A stretch of 64,000 bases of DNA, taken from Clostridia bacterium. Lineage in GTDB: Bacteria > Bacillota > Clostridia > Saccharofermentanales > UBA5734. Location: assembly GCA_040776905.1 (NCBI GenBank), contig JAXGZQ010000001.1:1564400-1628399 (forward strand). Direction: 5' to 3'. Below, one piece after another: positions 1 to 9,577 of this stretch (the first letter of the stretch is position 1; every line of letters starts with the position of its first letter). A program made the translations under genes and the position numbers. The notes under the pieces are model-generated. The model ran no database searches. It was not told the DNA's origin and worked only from the letters and a program-made list of their open reading frames with translations.

Positions 1-1188
1 GCTGTTAAATTCGATCATCAGCTCGCGGCTGATGGTTCGCAGCGTGGAGGGAAATGAACTGATCTCAGCGCTGATCTCCATTTCTGTACCGGCGTCCCAT
101 CCCATGTTCTGATATCCCTGCAGCTGCATATTCTCCAGACTTCCGCCGACCGAGATCAGGCAGTAGCGGTGTGGATGCTGTCTGTCCCAGTCGCCTTGCG
201 GCAGGGAAAACCCCTGGGCCTCGTGGCCGTCAGAATCAATTCGCATGCCGTGGAACCCATAGGAAAAAACGAGGGTCTGCGGATCTTTTTGATAACTGAC
301 CGCCAGACTTGGATTGGCTCCTCCGCCGGACAGGATTCGCGCATCCGTCACTTCGTAGACGGTGACAGCTGGATCAAACATCTCTTTTTCAGCAAAAGTG
401 TCAGACTGATACTGTCCATCTGCCAGCAGCTGCTGATACCCCGGCCAACTGTCAATTTCCCGGAGATTGAGATCGAGGGCCTGATCAGCCGGCCGGTCAG
501 CGCCCCAGGCGTCTTCAAAATCACCGCTGTAGGCACCGGCCGTGATGTCGGGGGTGATCAGCTGATCATTGATCTTGACCGTCGGACTGTTTTCAATCAG
601 CTCATGCAGTGAAGACGCGAACGGGTAGGCAACGGTCAGTACAAGATCGGAGGCCGTCTGATTGTGCAAGGTGTAATCATCCGTGACCCGTGCCTTTGTC
701 GCGTAATGGGACTCCGTCCGCGTTTCCGTTCCGTCTTTGATTTCGACCACGGTTGTCGTGGTCTGGTCCTCATAGGGACTGAAATCAAAGGTGACCGTGC
801 GATCAGCGATCAGACCGTCGACCGGCTGGAGCAGGCTCAGCGGCAGAATCGGTCCGTCATAAAACATGAATGAGGGGTAGGCGTCAGCGACCGGATCTTC
901 AGCATCCACAGGGACCTGCAGGACCGCCCCGCCATATCCGCCTCCCTGTGCACCGCCGATCGGAAATCCGAAATGCAGCACACCGGTCAGACCGACCGCC
1001 GCGATCAGGCAAATGCCGGCAGCGATGACTGCTGGACGGCGCCAGCCGCGGAATCGTTGTTTTACCTTTTTTTTCGTCTGTCGATCCAGTGCGGGCCGTT
1101 CGGAGCCTTCCAGTTGAGGATGGTCATAGGCAGCGATCAGATCATCATCGATCTGACCGATCGCCTGCAGCAGTTGACGTTGATTCAT
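1..1188 (-). CDS. Membrane-anchored anti-sigma-like protein, C-terminal end cut off by the window edge
   Basis: Read on the minus strand: MNQRQLLQAIGQIDDDLIAAYDHP...KVKQRFRGWRRPAVIAAGICLIAAVGLTGVL (one TM) followed by an extracytoplasmic domain. Its ATG overlaps the stop of the sigma factor (ATGA at 1185-1188). Confidence 0.75.
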   Translation of the reverse strand, partial: MNQRQLLQAIGQIDDDLIAAYDHPQLEGSERPALDRQTKKKVKQRFRGWRRPAVIAAGICLIAAVGLTGVLHFGFPIGGAQGGGYGGAVLQVPVDAEDPVADAYPSFMFYDGPILPLSLLQPVDGLIADRTVTFDFSPYEDQTTTTVVEIKDGTETRTESHYATKARVTDDYTLHNQTASDLVLTVAYPFASSLHELIENSPTVKINDQLITPDITAGAYSGDFEDAWGADRPADQALDLNLREIDSWPGYQQLLADGQYQSDTFAEKEMFDPAVTVYEVTDARILSGGGANPSLAVSYQKDPQTLVFSYGFHGMRIDSDGHEAQGFSLPQGDWDRQHPHRYCLISVGGSLENMQLQGYQNMGWDAGTEMEISAEISSFPSTLRTISRELMIEFNS

Positions 1189-1766
1189 ATCTCAAACCCT
1201 CTTTCATTCAAATGGCGCATCAGCCTTTGCCTGGTGCGGTGCAGCAGAACCGAGACACGGGATTTCGCAAGACCGGTTTGTGCCGCGATTTCATCAATGC
1301 TGGCGAAATAGTAATAGCGTCCGATAAAAACATGGCGGGATGCTGGTTTTTCACCGCGCAGGAATGAACTGATTTCGACCGCGATTTCTTTGGTGATCGC
1401 GGCGTCATCCGGTGCCGGCGCGACGGATCCGCTGACAGGATTTTCACTGAGATAACTGGCCAGCTCCTCGAGTGCGACGGTTGCCTGGCCGCCGCCGCGC
1501 TTCTGTGCCTGCCGGACTTCGAGGCGGTTCAATGACAGATTGCGGGTAATCCGGCCCAGCCAGATGGAAAGTCGGTTCGGCCGGGTCGGCGGGATGGCCT
1601 GCCAGGCCTGCAGCCAGGTATCGTTGACACATTCATCCGCGTCTTCAGGGCTGCCGAGGATGCGCCGGGCGATCGCGTGGCAGTATGGACCATATTGCTG
1701 TTCAGTCAGCCGGATGGCGTCCTGATTCCGGTCCCAGTAGAGCTGAATGATATCCTGGTCGTTCAT
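1185..1766 (-). CDS. ECF-type RNA polymerase sigma factor
   Basis: 193 aa with sigma-70 region 2 (DADECVNDTWLQAWQAIPP) and region 4 (SIDEIAAQTGLAKSRVSVLLHRTRQRL). Confidence 0.9.
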   Translation of the reverse strand: MNDQDIIQLYWDRNQDAIRLTEQQYGPYCHAIARRILGSPEDADECVNDTWLQAWQAIPPTRPNRLSIWLGRITRNLSLNRLEVRQAQKRGGGQATVALEELASYLSENPVSGSVAPAPDDAAITKEIAVEISSFLRGEKPASRHVFIGRYYYFASIDEIAAQTGLAKSRVSVLLHRTRQRLMRHLNERGFEI

Positions 1767-2074
1767 CGTGCTGCCTTTCCTGTTGTGACCGGTTCAACTG
1801 TTCGCCCGTACGCAGCGGCCAGCAGTCGGTCGTCTGGGGTCGTCTGATACTATAGACCGGATCCGGATCAGGATATTTCACTTTCCGGAGAATATTCATG
1901 TTTATTATAGCGCATCGATGACAGGATCCCTGCGTCCCATATCAGGTCCGCTTGGCCGGCCGATGAGGTTGCAACATGGTTTTCGACTGGAAAAAGCAAT
2001 ACCCTTGTTCTAAGATGGAGATAGACTGCCGCGGCAGTCTCAACAGACGAAAGAAGGCAACAGGGAGGCAGACT

Positions 2075-3193
2075 ATGAAGATCACGAAACTGGAAAGTAT
2101 CTTTGTCAAACCGCGCTGGCATTTTCTCAAAGTGTACACAGATGAAGGGATCGTCGGGTATGGCGAACCGATTGTGGAAGGCAAGGCGCGGACGGTGGCA
2201 GCGGCGATCCAGGAGATGAGCGGCTACCTGATCGGGCAGGATCCGCGGCGGATCGAGCATCACTGGCAGGTACTGTACCGCGGCTCATTCTACCGGGGCG
2301 GCCCGGTCCTGACGAGCGCGATCAGCGGGATCGAACAAGCGCTGTGGGACATCAAGGGCAAATGGCTGGGCGTTCCGGTTTATGAGCTGCTGGGCGGTGC
2401 GGTACGAGACCGGATCCGGGTGTACGCGCATGCGCATGGCAGTACGACCGAGGAGTTTGTCGCGTCGGCGAAAGCCAAAGTCGCCGAGGGCTTTACGGCG
2501 ATCAAGACCGGCTTTGACGGACCGGTCCGGATCGTGGATACGCCGGCGTTTCTCGATGCCTGTGAGGAGAAAATCGCGACGGTGCGCGCGGCGCTGCCGC
2601 GGCATGTCGATATCGCGGTTGACCTGCACGGGCGGTTCAGTCCGGCGATGGCGATCCGGGTGGCCAAGCAGCTGGAACCGTATCAGTTGATGTTCATCGA
2701 AGAGCCGTGTCTGCCGGAGAATGTGGATACGATGGTGACGATCGCCCGCTCAACGAGCACGCCGATCGCGACCGGGGAACGCCTGTTTACAAAATGGGGG
2801 TTCCGCGAAGTACTGGAAAAACAGGCGGCCTCCGTGCTGCAGCCGGATATCTGCCACTGCGGCGGAATCATGGAAGCCAAGAAGATCGCGGCGATGGCCG
2901 AGGTCTATTACGCGGCGGTGGCGCCGCATAACCCGCTGGGGCCGATTTCGCTGGCAGCCGGGCTGCAGGTGGACGCGTGCATCCCCAACTTCCTGTGCCA
3001 GGAACAGGTCTCCCTCGGTGAAGGCTATATCAAGGAACCGTTCAAGGTGGTGGACGGCTATATCGAACTGCCGAAAAAACCGGGACTGGGCATTGAGCTG
3101 GATGAAGAGGCCCTGCGCGACAAGGCGGATGATGGCAGCTGGGAGTCCCCGCTGTGGTTCCATAAAGACGACGGATCCTTCGGTGAATGGTGA
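2075..3193 (+). CDS. dgoD: Galactonate dehydratase-like enolase superfamily protein
   Basis: MKITKLESIFVKPRWHFLKVYTDEG...DPRRIEHHWQVLYRGSFYRGG...GKWLGVPVYELLGG...; C-terminus GLGIELDEEALRDK is typical of DgoD. Start taken at the internal Met 2075. Confidence 0.85.
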   Translation: MKITKLESIFVKPRWHFLKVYTDEGIVGYGEPIVEGKARTVAAAIQEMSGYLIGQDPRRIEHHWQVLYRGSFYRGGPVLTSAISGIEQALWDIKGKWLGVPVYELLGGAVRDRIRVYAHAHGSTTEEFVASAKAKVAEGFTAIKTGFDGPVRIVDTPAFLDACEEKIATVRAALPRHVDIAVDLHGRFSPAMAIRVAKQLEPYQLMFIEEPCLPENVDTMVTIARSTSTPIATGERLFTKWGFREVLEKQAASVLQPDICHCGGIMEAKKIAAMAEVYYAAVAPHNPLGPISLAAGLQVDACIPNFLCQEQVSLGEGYIKEPFKVVDGYIELPKKPGLGIELDEEALRDKADDGSWESPLWFHKDDGSFGEW

Positions 3194-3217
3194 CCGTTGG
3201 AAAGAGAAGGTGAGCGA

Positions 3218-3985
3218 ATGAGTCAGAAGAAAGCTCTGGTGACAGGCGGCGGCAAGGGAATCGGGCGCGGGATCGCGCTGACGCTGGCCAAAGCCGGATA
3301 TGATATCGCGGTCCATTACGGGACCAGCCGGGCCGGCGCCGAGGATATGGCGCAGCAGATCCGTGAACTGGGCCGGGAGGCGATCACGCTGCAGGCGGAT
3401 GTCAAGGATGTGGCGGCGATCCGCCGCATGTTCAGTGAATACCGTGAGCAGTTCGGCACGATCGATGTACTGGTCAACAACGCGGGGATCACGCGGCTGG
3501 TACCATTTCTGGAAGTGGATGAGGACTTGTGGGAAGAAGTGATGCGGACGGATCTGCGCGGCTCGTTTTTCTGCGCGCAGGAAGCGGCACGGCTGATGGT
3601 GGAGAGTGAAACGAAAGGTGTGATCATCCAGATCTCCTCTAACCACTCGCAGGGCTGCTGGCCGAACGCGACGATCTACGGCCCGGCCAAGGCCGGGGTC
3701 GACAAGCTGGTGCGCAATATGGCGCTCGATCTGGCACCGCACGGCATCCGTGTGGTCGGGATCGCGCCGGGGTATACCCGGCTGGAATGGATTCCGGAGA
3801 GTGCCAATGAACGGATCGCGCAGACCGCGGGTAAAATTCCGCTGCAGCGGTTCGCCCAGCCGGCGGAGATCGGCGAGGCGGCGGTATTCCTGACCTCGGA
3901 AGCCGCCGGCTACATCACCGGAACGACCCTGTTCATGGACGGCGGCGCCCTCCTGCCGGTCGTTCCCGATAATCACTATACCTGA
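3218..3985 (+). CDS. SDR family oxidoreductase (FabG/glucose dehydrogenase-like)
   Basis: TGGGKGIGRGIA, NNAGITRL, YGPAKAGVDKL; classical SDR motifs. Confidence 0.9.
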   Translation: MSQKKALVTGGGKGIGRGIALTLAKAGYDIAVHYGTSRAGAEDMAQQIRELGREAITLQADVKDVAAIRRMFSEYREQFGTIDVLVNNAGITRLVPFLEVDEDLWEEVMRTDLRGSFFCAQEAARLMVESETKGVIIQISSNHSQGCWPNATIYGPAKAGVDKLVRNMALDLAPHGIRVVGIAPGYTRLEWIPESANERIAQTAGKIPLQRFAQPAEIGEAAVFLTSEAAGYITGTTLFMDGGALLPVVPDNHYT

Positions 3986-4015
3986 CATCATCACCGGATC
4001 GGCTGATGACAAGAA

Positions 4016-4046
4016 AAGACCGGCGTTTTCGTGAAACGCCGGTCTT
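4016..4046. terminator. Bidirectional intrinsic-type hairpin between convergent genes
   Basis: AAGACCGGCGTTT-TCGTG-AAACGCCGGTCTT, 13-bp perfect stem. Confidence 0.75.
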
Positions 4047-4135
4047 CTGGTATGATGCGGGAACAGCCGAAAGGCAGTGGCTGTCCCGAAGGTATAACCG
4101 GCGTCAGCGCTGTCTGATGACGCCGATATCAAGGC

Positions 4136-6736
4136 CTAATAGATCGCCCGGTAGATCCCTTCCAGTTCTCTGATCAGCGGATAACGCGGATTGGTTCCGG
4201 TGCACTGATCCTCAAACGCTTTTTCAGCCAGCCGGGGAATCGCGTCGAGATACGGCTTTTCCGCGATTCCCAGTTCACGGATCTGTGATGGAATATGGAT
4301 CTGTTCCATCAGGGCCCGCACCGCGCTGATCAGCGACTGACAGCCCTGTTCCGCCGTTTCAGAAGGCAGCCCGAGATAGGAAGCGATTTCAGCATAGCGT
4401 CGGTCGGCGATAAACGTTTCATATTTAGGGAAGGACACGAACTTGGTTGGTTTCTGACTGTTATAGGCAATCACATGCGGCAGCAGGATCGCGTTGGCAC
4501 GGCCATGCGAGATGTGGTATTCGCCGCCGAGCTTATGTGCCAGTGAATGATTGATGCCGAGAAACGCGTTCGAGAAGGCCATGCCGGCCATACAACTGGC
4601 GTTATGCATTTTCTCACGGGCTGTCCGGTTCTGTCCGTCCTGCCAGGCGGTCGGCAGCCACTGGAAGACGAGGCGAATCGCATGCAGGGCAAGAGCGTCC
4701 GTGTAATCCGAAGCGAATGTCGAGACATAGGCCTCAATCGCATGGGTCAACACATCCATGCCGGTGTCCGCGGTAATTGACGGCGGCACCGTCATGACAA
4801 ACTGTGGATCGAGAATCGCCACATCCGGTGTCAGTTCATAATCCGCCAACGGATATTTTGTCTGAGTCGCCGGATCGGTGATGACCGAAAAAGAAGTCAC
4901 CTCAGAGCCGGTCCCGCTGGTGGTTGGAATCGCGACCAGGCGTGCTTTCTGGCCCAGTCGGGGGAATTTGATGATTTTTTTGCGTATATCCATGAATTTC
5001 ATCGACAGTTCACGGAAATCGAGTTCCGGGTGTTCATAGAACAGCCACATGCCTTTGGCGGCATCAATCGCCGAACCGCCACCGAGCGCGATGATCACAT
5101 CAGGCTGGAATCTGGCGATCTCAGCCGCACCGCGCTGGATGGTCTCAATGGATGGATCAACCTCGATATCGGAAAAAATCTCGCTGTGTACGGGCTGCTC
5201 ACGTTTGCGCAGATAGTAAAGGACTTTTTTGACATAACCGAGTTTGATCATCGCTGGATCGGTCACAATAAACGCGCGGCTGATGTCCGGCATATTCTCC
5301 AGATACTGAGTGGCATGGTTCTCAAAATAGATTTTTTCCGGAATCTTGAACCACTGCATGTTGACACGCCTCCTGGCCACACGTTTTTTATTGACGAGAT
5401 TGACCGCCGACACGTTCGCTGTGGTGGAGTTGCGGCCGTAGGATCCGCAGCCAAGGGTCAAAGACGGCATATTGGTGTTGTAGATGTCGCCGATCGCGCC
5501 ATGTGACGACGGCGAGTTGATGATCAGCCGTGATGCTTTGAGCCGGCTGGAAAAGCTATCGATCACCGCTTCGTCTTCGGCATGGATCACCGCTGAATGG
5601 CCGAGACCGCCGAACGCGATCAGCTCTTCCGCGCGCCGGATACCATCCTCCGAACTGTCACAGACATAATAGGCAAGTACCGGACTGAGTTTTTCAATTG
5701 ACAGTGGAGCCTGCGGTCCGACGGAAGCCAGCGGAACCAGCAGAATCTTGGTGTCATCCGGAACATCAAGGCCGGCCAGACGGGCGATGGCGGCTGCGGA
5801 TTGGCCGACGACGGCTGGATTGACCGCCAGCTGCCCCGGCTTGATCATGATCGTCTCCAATTGGCTGACCTGGTTTTCATCAAGAAAGATGCAGCCGTGA
5901 TCACGCATGAAACGCTCAAAATTGTCCTGGACGGCCCGGTCGACAATGACGGCCTGCTCGGATGCGCAGATCATCCCGTTATCAAAGGTTTTTGACAACA
6001 TCAGATCCGTCGCTGCCCGCTCGACATTGGCTGAGGCGTGGATATAGCAGGGGACATTGCCTGGTCCGACTCCCAGTGCCGGTTTTCCGGTTGAATAGGC
6101 TGCCTGGACCATGCTGCTGCCACCGGTCGCCAGGACCATGGCGACATCCGGGTGATTCATCAGATCGCGGGTCGCCTGGATGGACGGATTTTCAATCCAC
6201 TGGACGCAGTGCTTTGGAGCGCCGGCCCTGAGCGCGGCCTGGTAGAGGATCTCCGCGGCCCGCCGGCTGCATTGCTGCGCTGATGGATGAAAGGCGAAAA
6301 TGATCGGATTTCGGGTCTTGATCGCGATCAGGATTTTGAACATGACGGTGGAGGTGGGGTTCGTCACAGGCGTCACAGCCGCGATGATACCGACCGGTTC
6401 AGCGACTTCTTCATAATCCTCATAATCGTTTTCGTTGATCACACCGACCGTCCGGTCATGCTCAATGCTGTGCCAGATATACTCTGTCGCAAAGATATTT
6501 TTGGTGACTTTATCTTCAAAAATGCCCCTTCCGGTTTCCTCAACCGCCAGCCGCGCCAGCGTCATGTGCTCAGCCTGCCCCGCGCTGGACATGGTTTTGA
6601 CGATCCGGTCAATGCCATCCTGGTCAAAATCCATCATGGCAGTCAGCGCTTCCTGAGCCTGCGCGACGAGCCGGTTGATATCAATATCGTCGATACGTTG
6701 TTTTTCTTTTGCCATTCTTTGCACCATCGCTTTCAT
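4136..6736 (-). CDS. adhE: Bifunctional acetaldehyde-CoA / alcohol dehydrogenase
   Basis: 866 aa: N-terminal aldehyde dehydrogenase (DNGMICASEQAVIV) and C-terminal Fe-ADH domain (ALGGGSAIDAAKGMW, GINHSLAHKLGGEYHISHGRANAILLP). Confidence 0.95.
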   Translation of the reverse strand: MKAMVQRMAKEKQRIDDIDINRLVAQAQEALTAMMDFDQDGIDRIVKTMSSAGQAEHMTLARLAVEETGRGIFEDKVTKNIFATEYIWHSIEHDRTVGVINENDYEDYEEVAEPVGIIAAVTPVTNPTSTVMFKILIAIKTRNPIIFAFHPSAQQCSRRAAEILYQAALRAGAPKHCVQWIENPSIQATRDLMNHPDVAMVLATGGSSMVQAAYSTGKPALGVGPGNVPCYIHASANVERAATDLMLSKTFDNGMICASEQAVIVDRAVQDNFERFMRDHGCIFLDENQVSQLETIMIKPGQLAVNPAVVGQSAAAIARLAGLDVPDDTKILLVPLASVGPQAPLSIEKLSPVLAYYVCDSSEDGIRRAEELIAFGGLGHSAVIHAEDEAVIDSFSSRLKASRLIINSPSSHGAIGDIYNTNMPSLTLGCGSYGRNSTTANVSAVNLVNKKRVARRRVNMQWFKIPEKIYFENHATQYLENMPDISRAFIVTDPAMIKLGYVKKVLYYLRKREQPVHSEIFSDIEVDPSIETIQRGAAEIARFQPDVIIALGGGSAIDAAKGMWLFYEHPELDFRELSMKFMDIRKKIIKFPRLGQKARLVAIPTTSGTGSEVTSFSVITDPATQTKYPLADYELTPDVAILDPQFVMTVPPSITADTGMDVLTHAIEAYVSTFASDYTDALALHAIRLVFQWLPTAWQDGQNRTAREKMHNASCMAGMAFSNAFLGINHSLAHKLGGEYHISHGRANAILLPHVIAYNSQKPTKFVSFPKYETFIADRRYAEIASYLGLPSETAEQGCQSLISAVRALMEQIHIPSQIRELGIAEKPYLDAIPRLAEKAFEDQCTGTNPRYPLIRELEGIYRAIY

Positions 6737-6743
6737 GATGTAT

Positions 6744-6844
6744 CATATGAATGTTACCGGGTTTTATTTTAACACCATATGAAAGCATATGAAAGATAAT
6801 GATAGAAATATTGGCATATATACAGAAATACGAAAACATATGAC
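6744..6844. promoter_or_regulatory. Putative operator cluster: repeated CATATGA boxes in the adhE/deoR-type divergent intergenic region
   Basis: CATATGAA at 6744-6751; CATATGAAAG twice in tandem at 6776-6785 and 6786-6795; CATATGAC at 6837-6844. Confidence 0.45.
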
Positions 6845-6886
6845 GGTATTATTAAGCGGACTGCACAGAAAACGAGGAACTGAATT

Positions 6887-7705
6887 GTGAACATTATTGA
6901 AAGACGACGGCGTATCATCGATATACTCGAGAAAGAACGGCAGGTTTCCACCCAGCGGCTGGAAGAATTGATACCGGTTTCCGGTGCGACGATCCGCAGC
7001 GATCTGCGGGAATTGGAACAGGAAGGTGTCATCGAACGGTTTCATGGCGGCGCGATGCTGGTTGAACAGTCAAAGCCTGATCACAGCTATATCAGTTTCA
7101 CCAGACGCAGTCTGCTCATGGGCGGCGAGAAGGACGCGATCGGCCGTGAGGCGGCCAAACTCGTGCGACAGGGACAGTCGATCATGCTCGATGCCAGTTC
7201 GACGGCGCTGGCGATGGTGCCTTACCTGGCAGGTATCCAGGACCTGACGATCATTACCAACGGCATTCACACCGCCATGGCAGTACAGAAACAGCAGGAT
7301 ATGCATACGATCATGATCGGCGGGGTGCTGCGGCCGCATTCAGGATCCGTGGAAGGACTGCTCGGCGAGGATCTGCTGAGCCGTCTCGGCGCTGATACGA
7401 TTTTCCTCTCCGCCAACGGCCTGAGCTTTGAACACGGTCTGTCCGGTTTCAATATCCATGAACTGGCGCTGAAGCAGCGGATGATCAGCCAGGCCCACCG
7501 CCTGATCGCGCTGGTCGACCACAGCAAGCTGGGGATCAGCTCGTCAGCCAGCTATGCCAGATTTGAGCAAATTGATACGCTGATAACCGATGACGGTGCC
7601 GACGAATCGTTTATCGCCCGGGCCCGTGCGCTCGGCTGCAAAGTCATTGTCGCGCGGCGCAGCCCCGGTTCTTCAGCCGGCGCGGCCATGAATCTGATAG
7701 AATAA
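6887..7705 (+). CDS. DeoR family transcriptional regulator
   Basis: N-terminal HTH (RRRRIIDILEKERQVSTQRLEELIPVSGATIRSDLRELEQEGVIERFHGGA) plus DeoRC sensor domain. Confidence 0.92.
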   Translation: MNIIERRRRIIDILEKERQVSTQRLEELIPVSGATIRSDLRELEQEGVIERFHGGAMLVEQSKPDHSYISFTRRSLLMGGEKDAIGREAAKLVRQGQSIMLDASSTALAMVPYLAGIQDLTIITNGIHTAMAVQKQQDMHTIMIGGVLRPHSGSVEGLLGEDLLSRLGADTIFLSANGLSFEHGLSGFNIHELALKQRMISQAHRLIALVDHSKLGISSSASYARFEQIDTLITDDGADESFIARARALGCKVIVARRSPGSSAGAAMNLIE

Positions 7706-7711
7706 GAACCG

Positions 7712-7731
7712 GGCCATGCACCGGCATGGCC
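7712..7731. other. Short perfect hairpin between the deoR-type gene and pepF; no T-run
   Basis: GGCCATGC-ACCG-GCATGGCC. Confidence 0.5.
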
Positions 7732-7753
7732 TGAACAAGAAATGAGGTGCCCC

Positions 7754-9568
7754 ATGAGCCAAGTACTGCCCCTGAGAAGTGAAGTCCCTGAATCGTTAAC
7801 CTGGAACCTGAAGGATCTTTTTTCTGACGAGGCCGCGTTCGAAGCGGGTCTGGCGAAAGTCAGCGAGCAGACCGATGAACTGGTGGCCGGCTTCGCTGGC
7901 AAAATCGCCAGCCTGCAGGAAGCCGCGGACATCATGCGGCTGATTCACGCCTATGAGAAGCTGCTGATCAGCATCGACCGGATCGGCAATTATGCTTATC
8001 TGTCATTTTCCGTCGATATGACCGATGATCTTCGGGTCAGCCGGCTGCAGAAAACGGAAGCGTTAATCGCACAGATCGCCAGTCAGATCAGCTTTGTCGA
8101 CAGTGACTTGATGGATGTCAATCCTGATGTCATGAAAAGCGCAGCTGAATCGGAGCCGGCCTATCAGGTCTTCTTTGAAGGAATTGAACGGCGCAGGCGG
8201 CATCGTCTGCATCCGGAAACGGAAAAGGTACTCGCCGCGTTATCACCGGCGCTTGAACTGCCCCATACGGTCTATGAGCAGGCCAAGCACGCGGATATGG
8301 CGTTTCCTGATTTCCAGGCCGGCGGCAAGACATGGCCGCTCAGTTTTGTTTCCTTTGAGAATGACTACAATCTCGACGCATCGGCAGAGATACGCCGTGA
8401 AGCGTTCAAAGCCTTCTCCGCGACGCTGCGGCACTATCAGAATACGGTCGCGGCATTATACAACGGTGAAGTCCAGAAACAGAAAATCATGGCCGGACTG
8501 CGCGGCTTTGATTCTGTCTTCGACTATCTGCTCGATGACCAGAAGGTGGACCGCAGCCTGTTCGACCGCCAGATTGACCTGATCCTGCAGGAACTGGCTC
8601 CGCATATGCGCCGCTATGCCCGCCTGCTCGCCAAAACACACGGTTTGGACCGGGTGACCTTTGCGGATTTGAAAATCGCGCTAGACGCCGGTTATGATCC
8701 CAAAGTGACGGTTGAAGAATCAAAACGATACATTTCCAGCGGGCTGCGGGTCCTCGGCCAGGATTATCATGATCTGGTCATGCAAGCCTATGATCAGCGC
8801 TGGGTCGACTTCGCCAGCAATAAAGGTAAATCGACCGGTGGATTCTGCTCGTCTCCGTATCAGCTGCATGGCTACATTCTCCTGTCATGGACAGGACGGC
8901 TGAGCGAAGTCTTCACGCTGGCCCACGAACTGGGACACGCGGCTCATTTCGCCCTGAACCAGCAGCATCAGCCTTATCTGGCAACCGAGCCGTCCCTCTA
9001 TCTGGTAGAAGCCCCGTCGACCTGCAATGAGATGCTGCTCAGCCAGGATCTGCTCAGCCAGAATGACGATCCCCGCTTCCAACGCTGGGTGCTGGCCTCG
9101 ATGATCCAGAACACCTATTTCCATAACTTCGTCACCCATCTGCTGGAAGCGGCTTATCAGCGCGAAGTTTATCAGCTGGCCGACCAGGGTGAGTTCCTGA
9201 CCGCGACGGTGCTCAATAAAATTAAACGTGATGTCCTGGAAAAATTCTGGGGTGACGCGGTTGAGATCACTGAAGGAGCGGAGTTGACCTGGATGCGCCA
9301 GCCCCATTATTACATGGGACTGTATTCCTACACCTACAGCGCGGGCCTGACCATCGCGACAGCCGCCAGCCAGCGGATCCGGCGTGAAGGAGAACCGGCG
9401 GTCGAGGACTGGCTGACCGCGCTCAGGGCCGGCGGTTCCGTCAGTCCGGTCGAATTCGCCAGATTGGCCGGCATCGATATCAACACCGATCAACCGCTGC
9501 GCGACACCATTGCCTATATCGGCTCGATCATCGATCAGCTGGAAACTTTGAGTGAAACGCTGGCCTGA
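7754..9568 (+). CDS. pepF: Oligoendopeptidase F (M3 metallopeptidase)
   Basis: About 604 aa with zinc motif FTLAHELGHAAHF and the characteristic PepF N-terminal region. Confidence 0.93.
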   Translation: MSQVLPLRSEVPESLTWNLKDLFSDEAAFEAGLAKVSEQTDELVAGFAGKIASLQEAADIMRLIHAYEKLLISIDRIGNYAYLSFSVDMTDDLRVSRLQKTEALIAQIASQISFVDSDLMDVNPDVMKSAAESEPAYQVFFEGIERRRRHRLHPETEKVLAALSPALELPHTVYEQAKHADMAFPDFQAGGKTWPLSFVSFENDYNLDASAEIRREAFKAFSATLRHYQNTVAALYNGEVQKQKIMAGLRGFDSVFDYLLDDQKVDRSLFDRQIDLILQELAPHMRRYARLLAKTHGLDRVTFADLKIALDAGYDPKVTVEESKRYISSGLRVLGQDYHDLVMQAYDQRWVDFASNKGKSTGGFCSSPYQLHGYILLSWTGRLSEVFTLAHELGHAAHFALNQQHQPYLATEPSLYLVEAPSTCNEMLLSQDLLSQNDDPRFQRWVLASMIQNTYFHNFVTHLLEAAYQREVYQLADQGEFLTATVLNKIKRDVLEKFWGDAVEITEGAELTWMRQPHYYMGLYSYTYSAGLTIATAASQRIRREGEPAVEDWLTALRAGGSVSPVEFARLAGIDINTDQPLRDTIAYIGSIIDQLETLSETLA

Positions 9569-9577
9569 CAGGCGATG

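Noticed and set aside
2750-4132. 460-aa minus-strand ORF antisense to dgoD and the SDR gene
   Set aside because: No recognisable motifs. It mirrors two clearly conserved genes and is a typical shadow ORF of GC-rich coding DNA.
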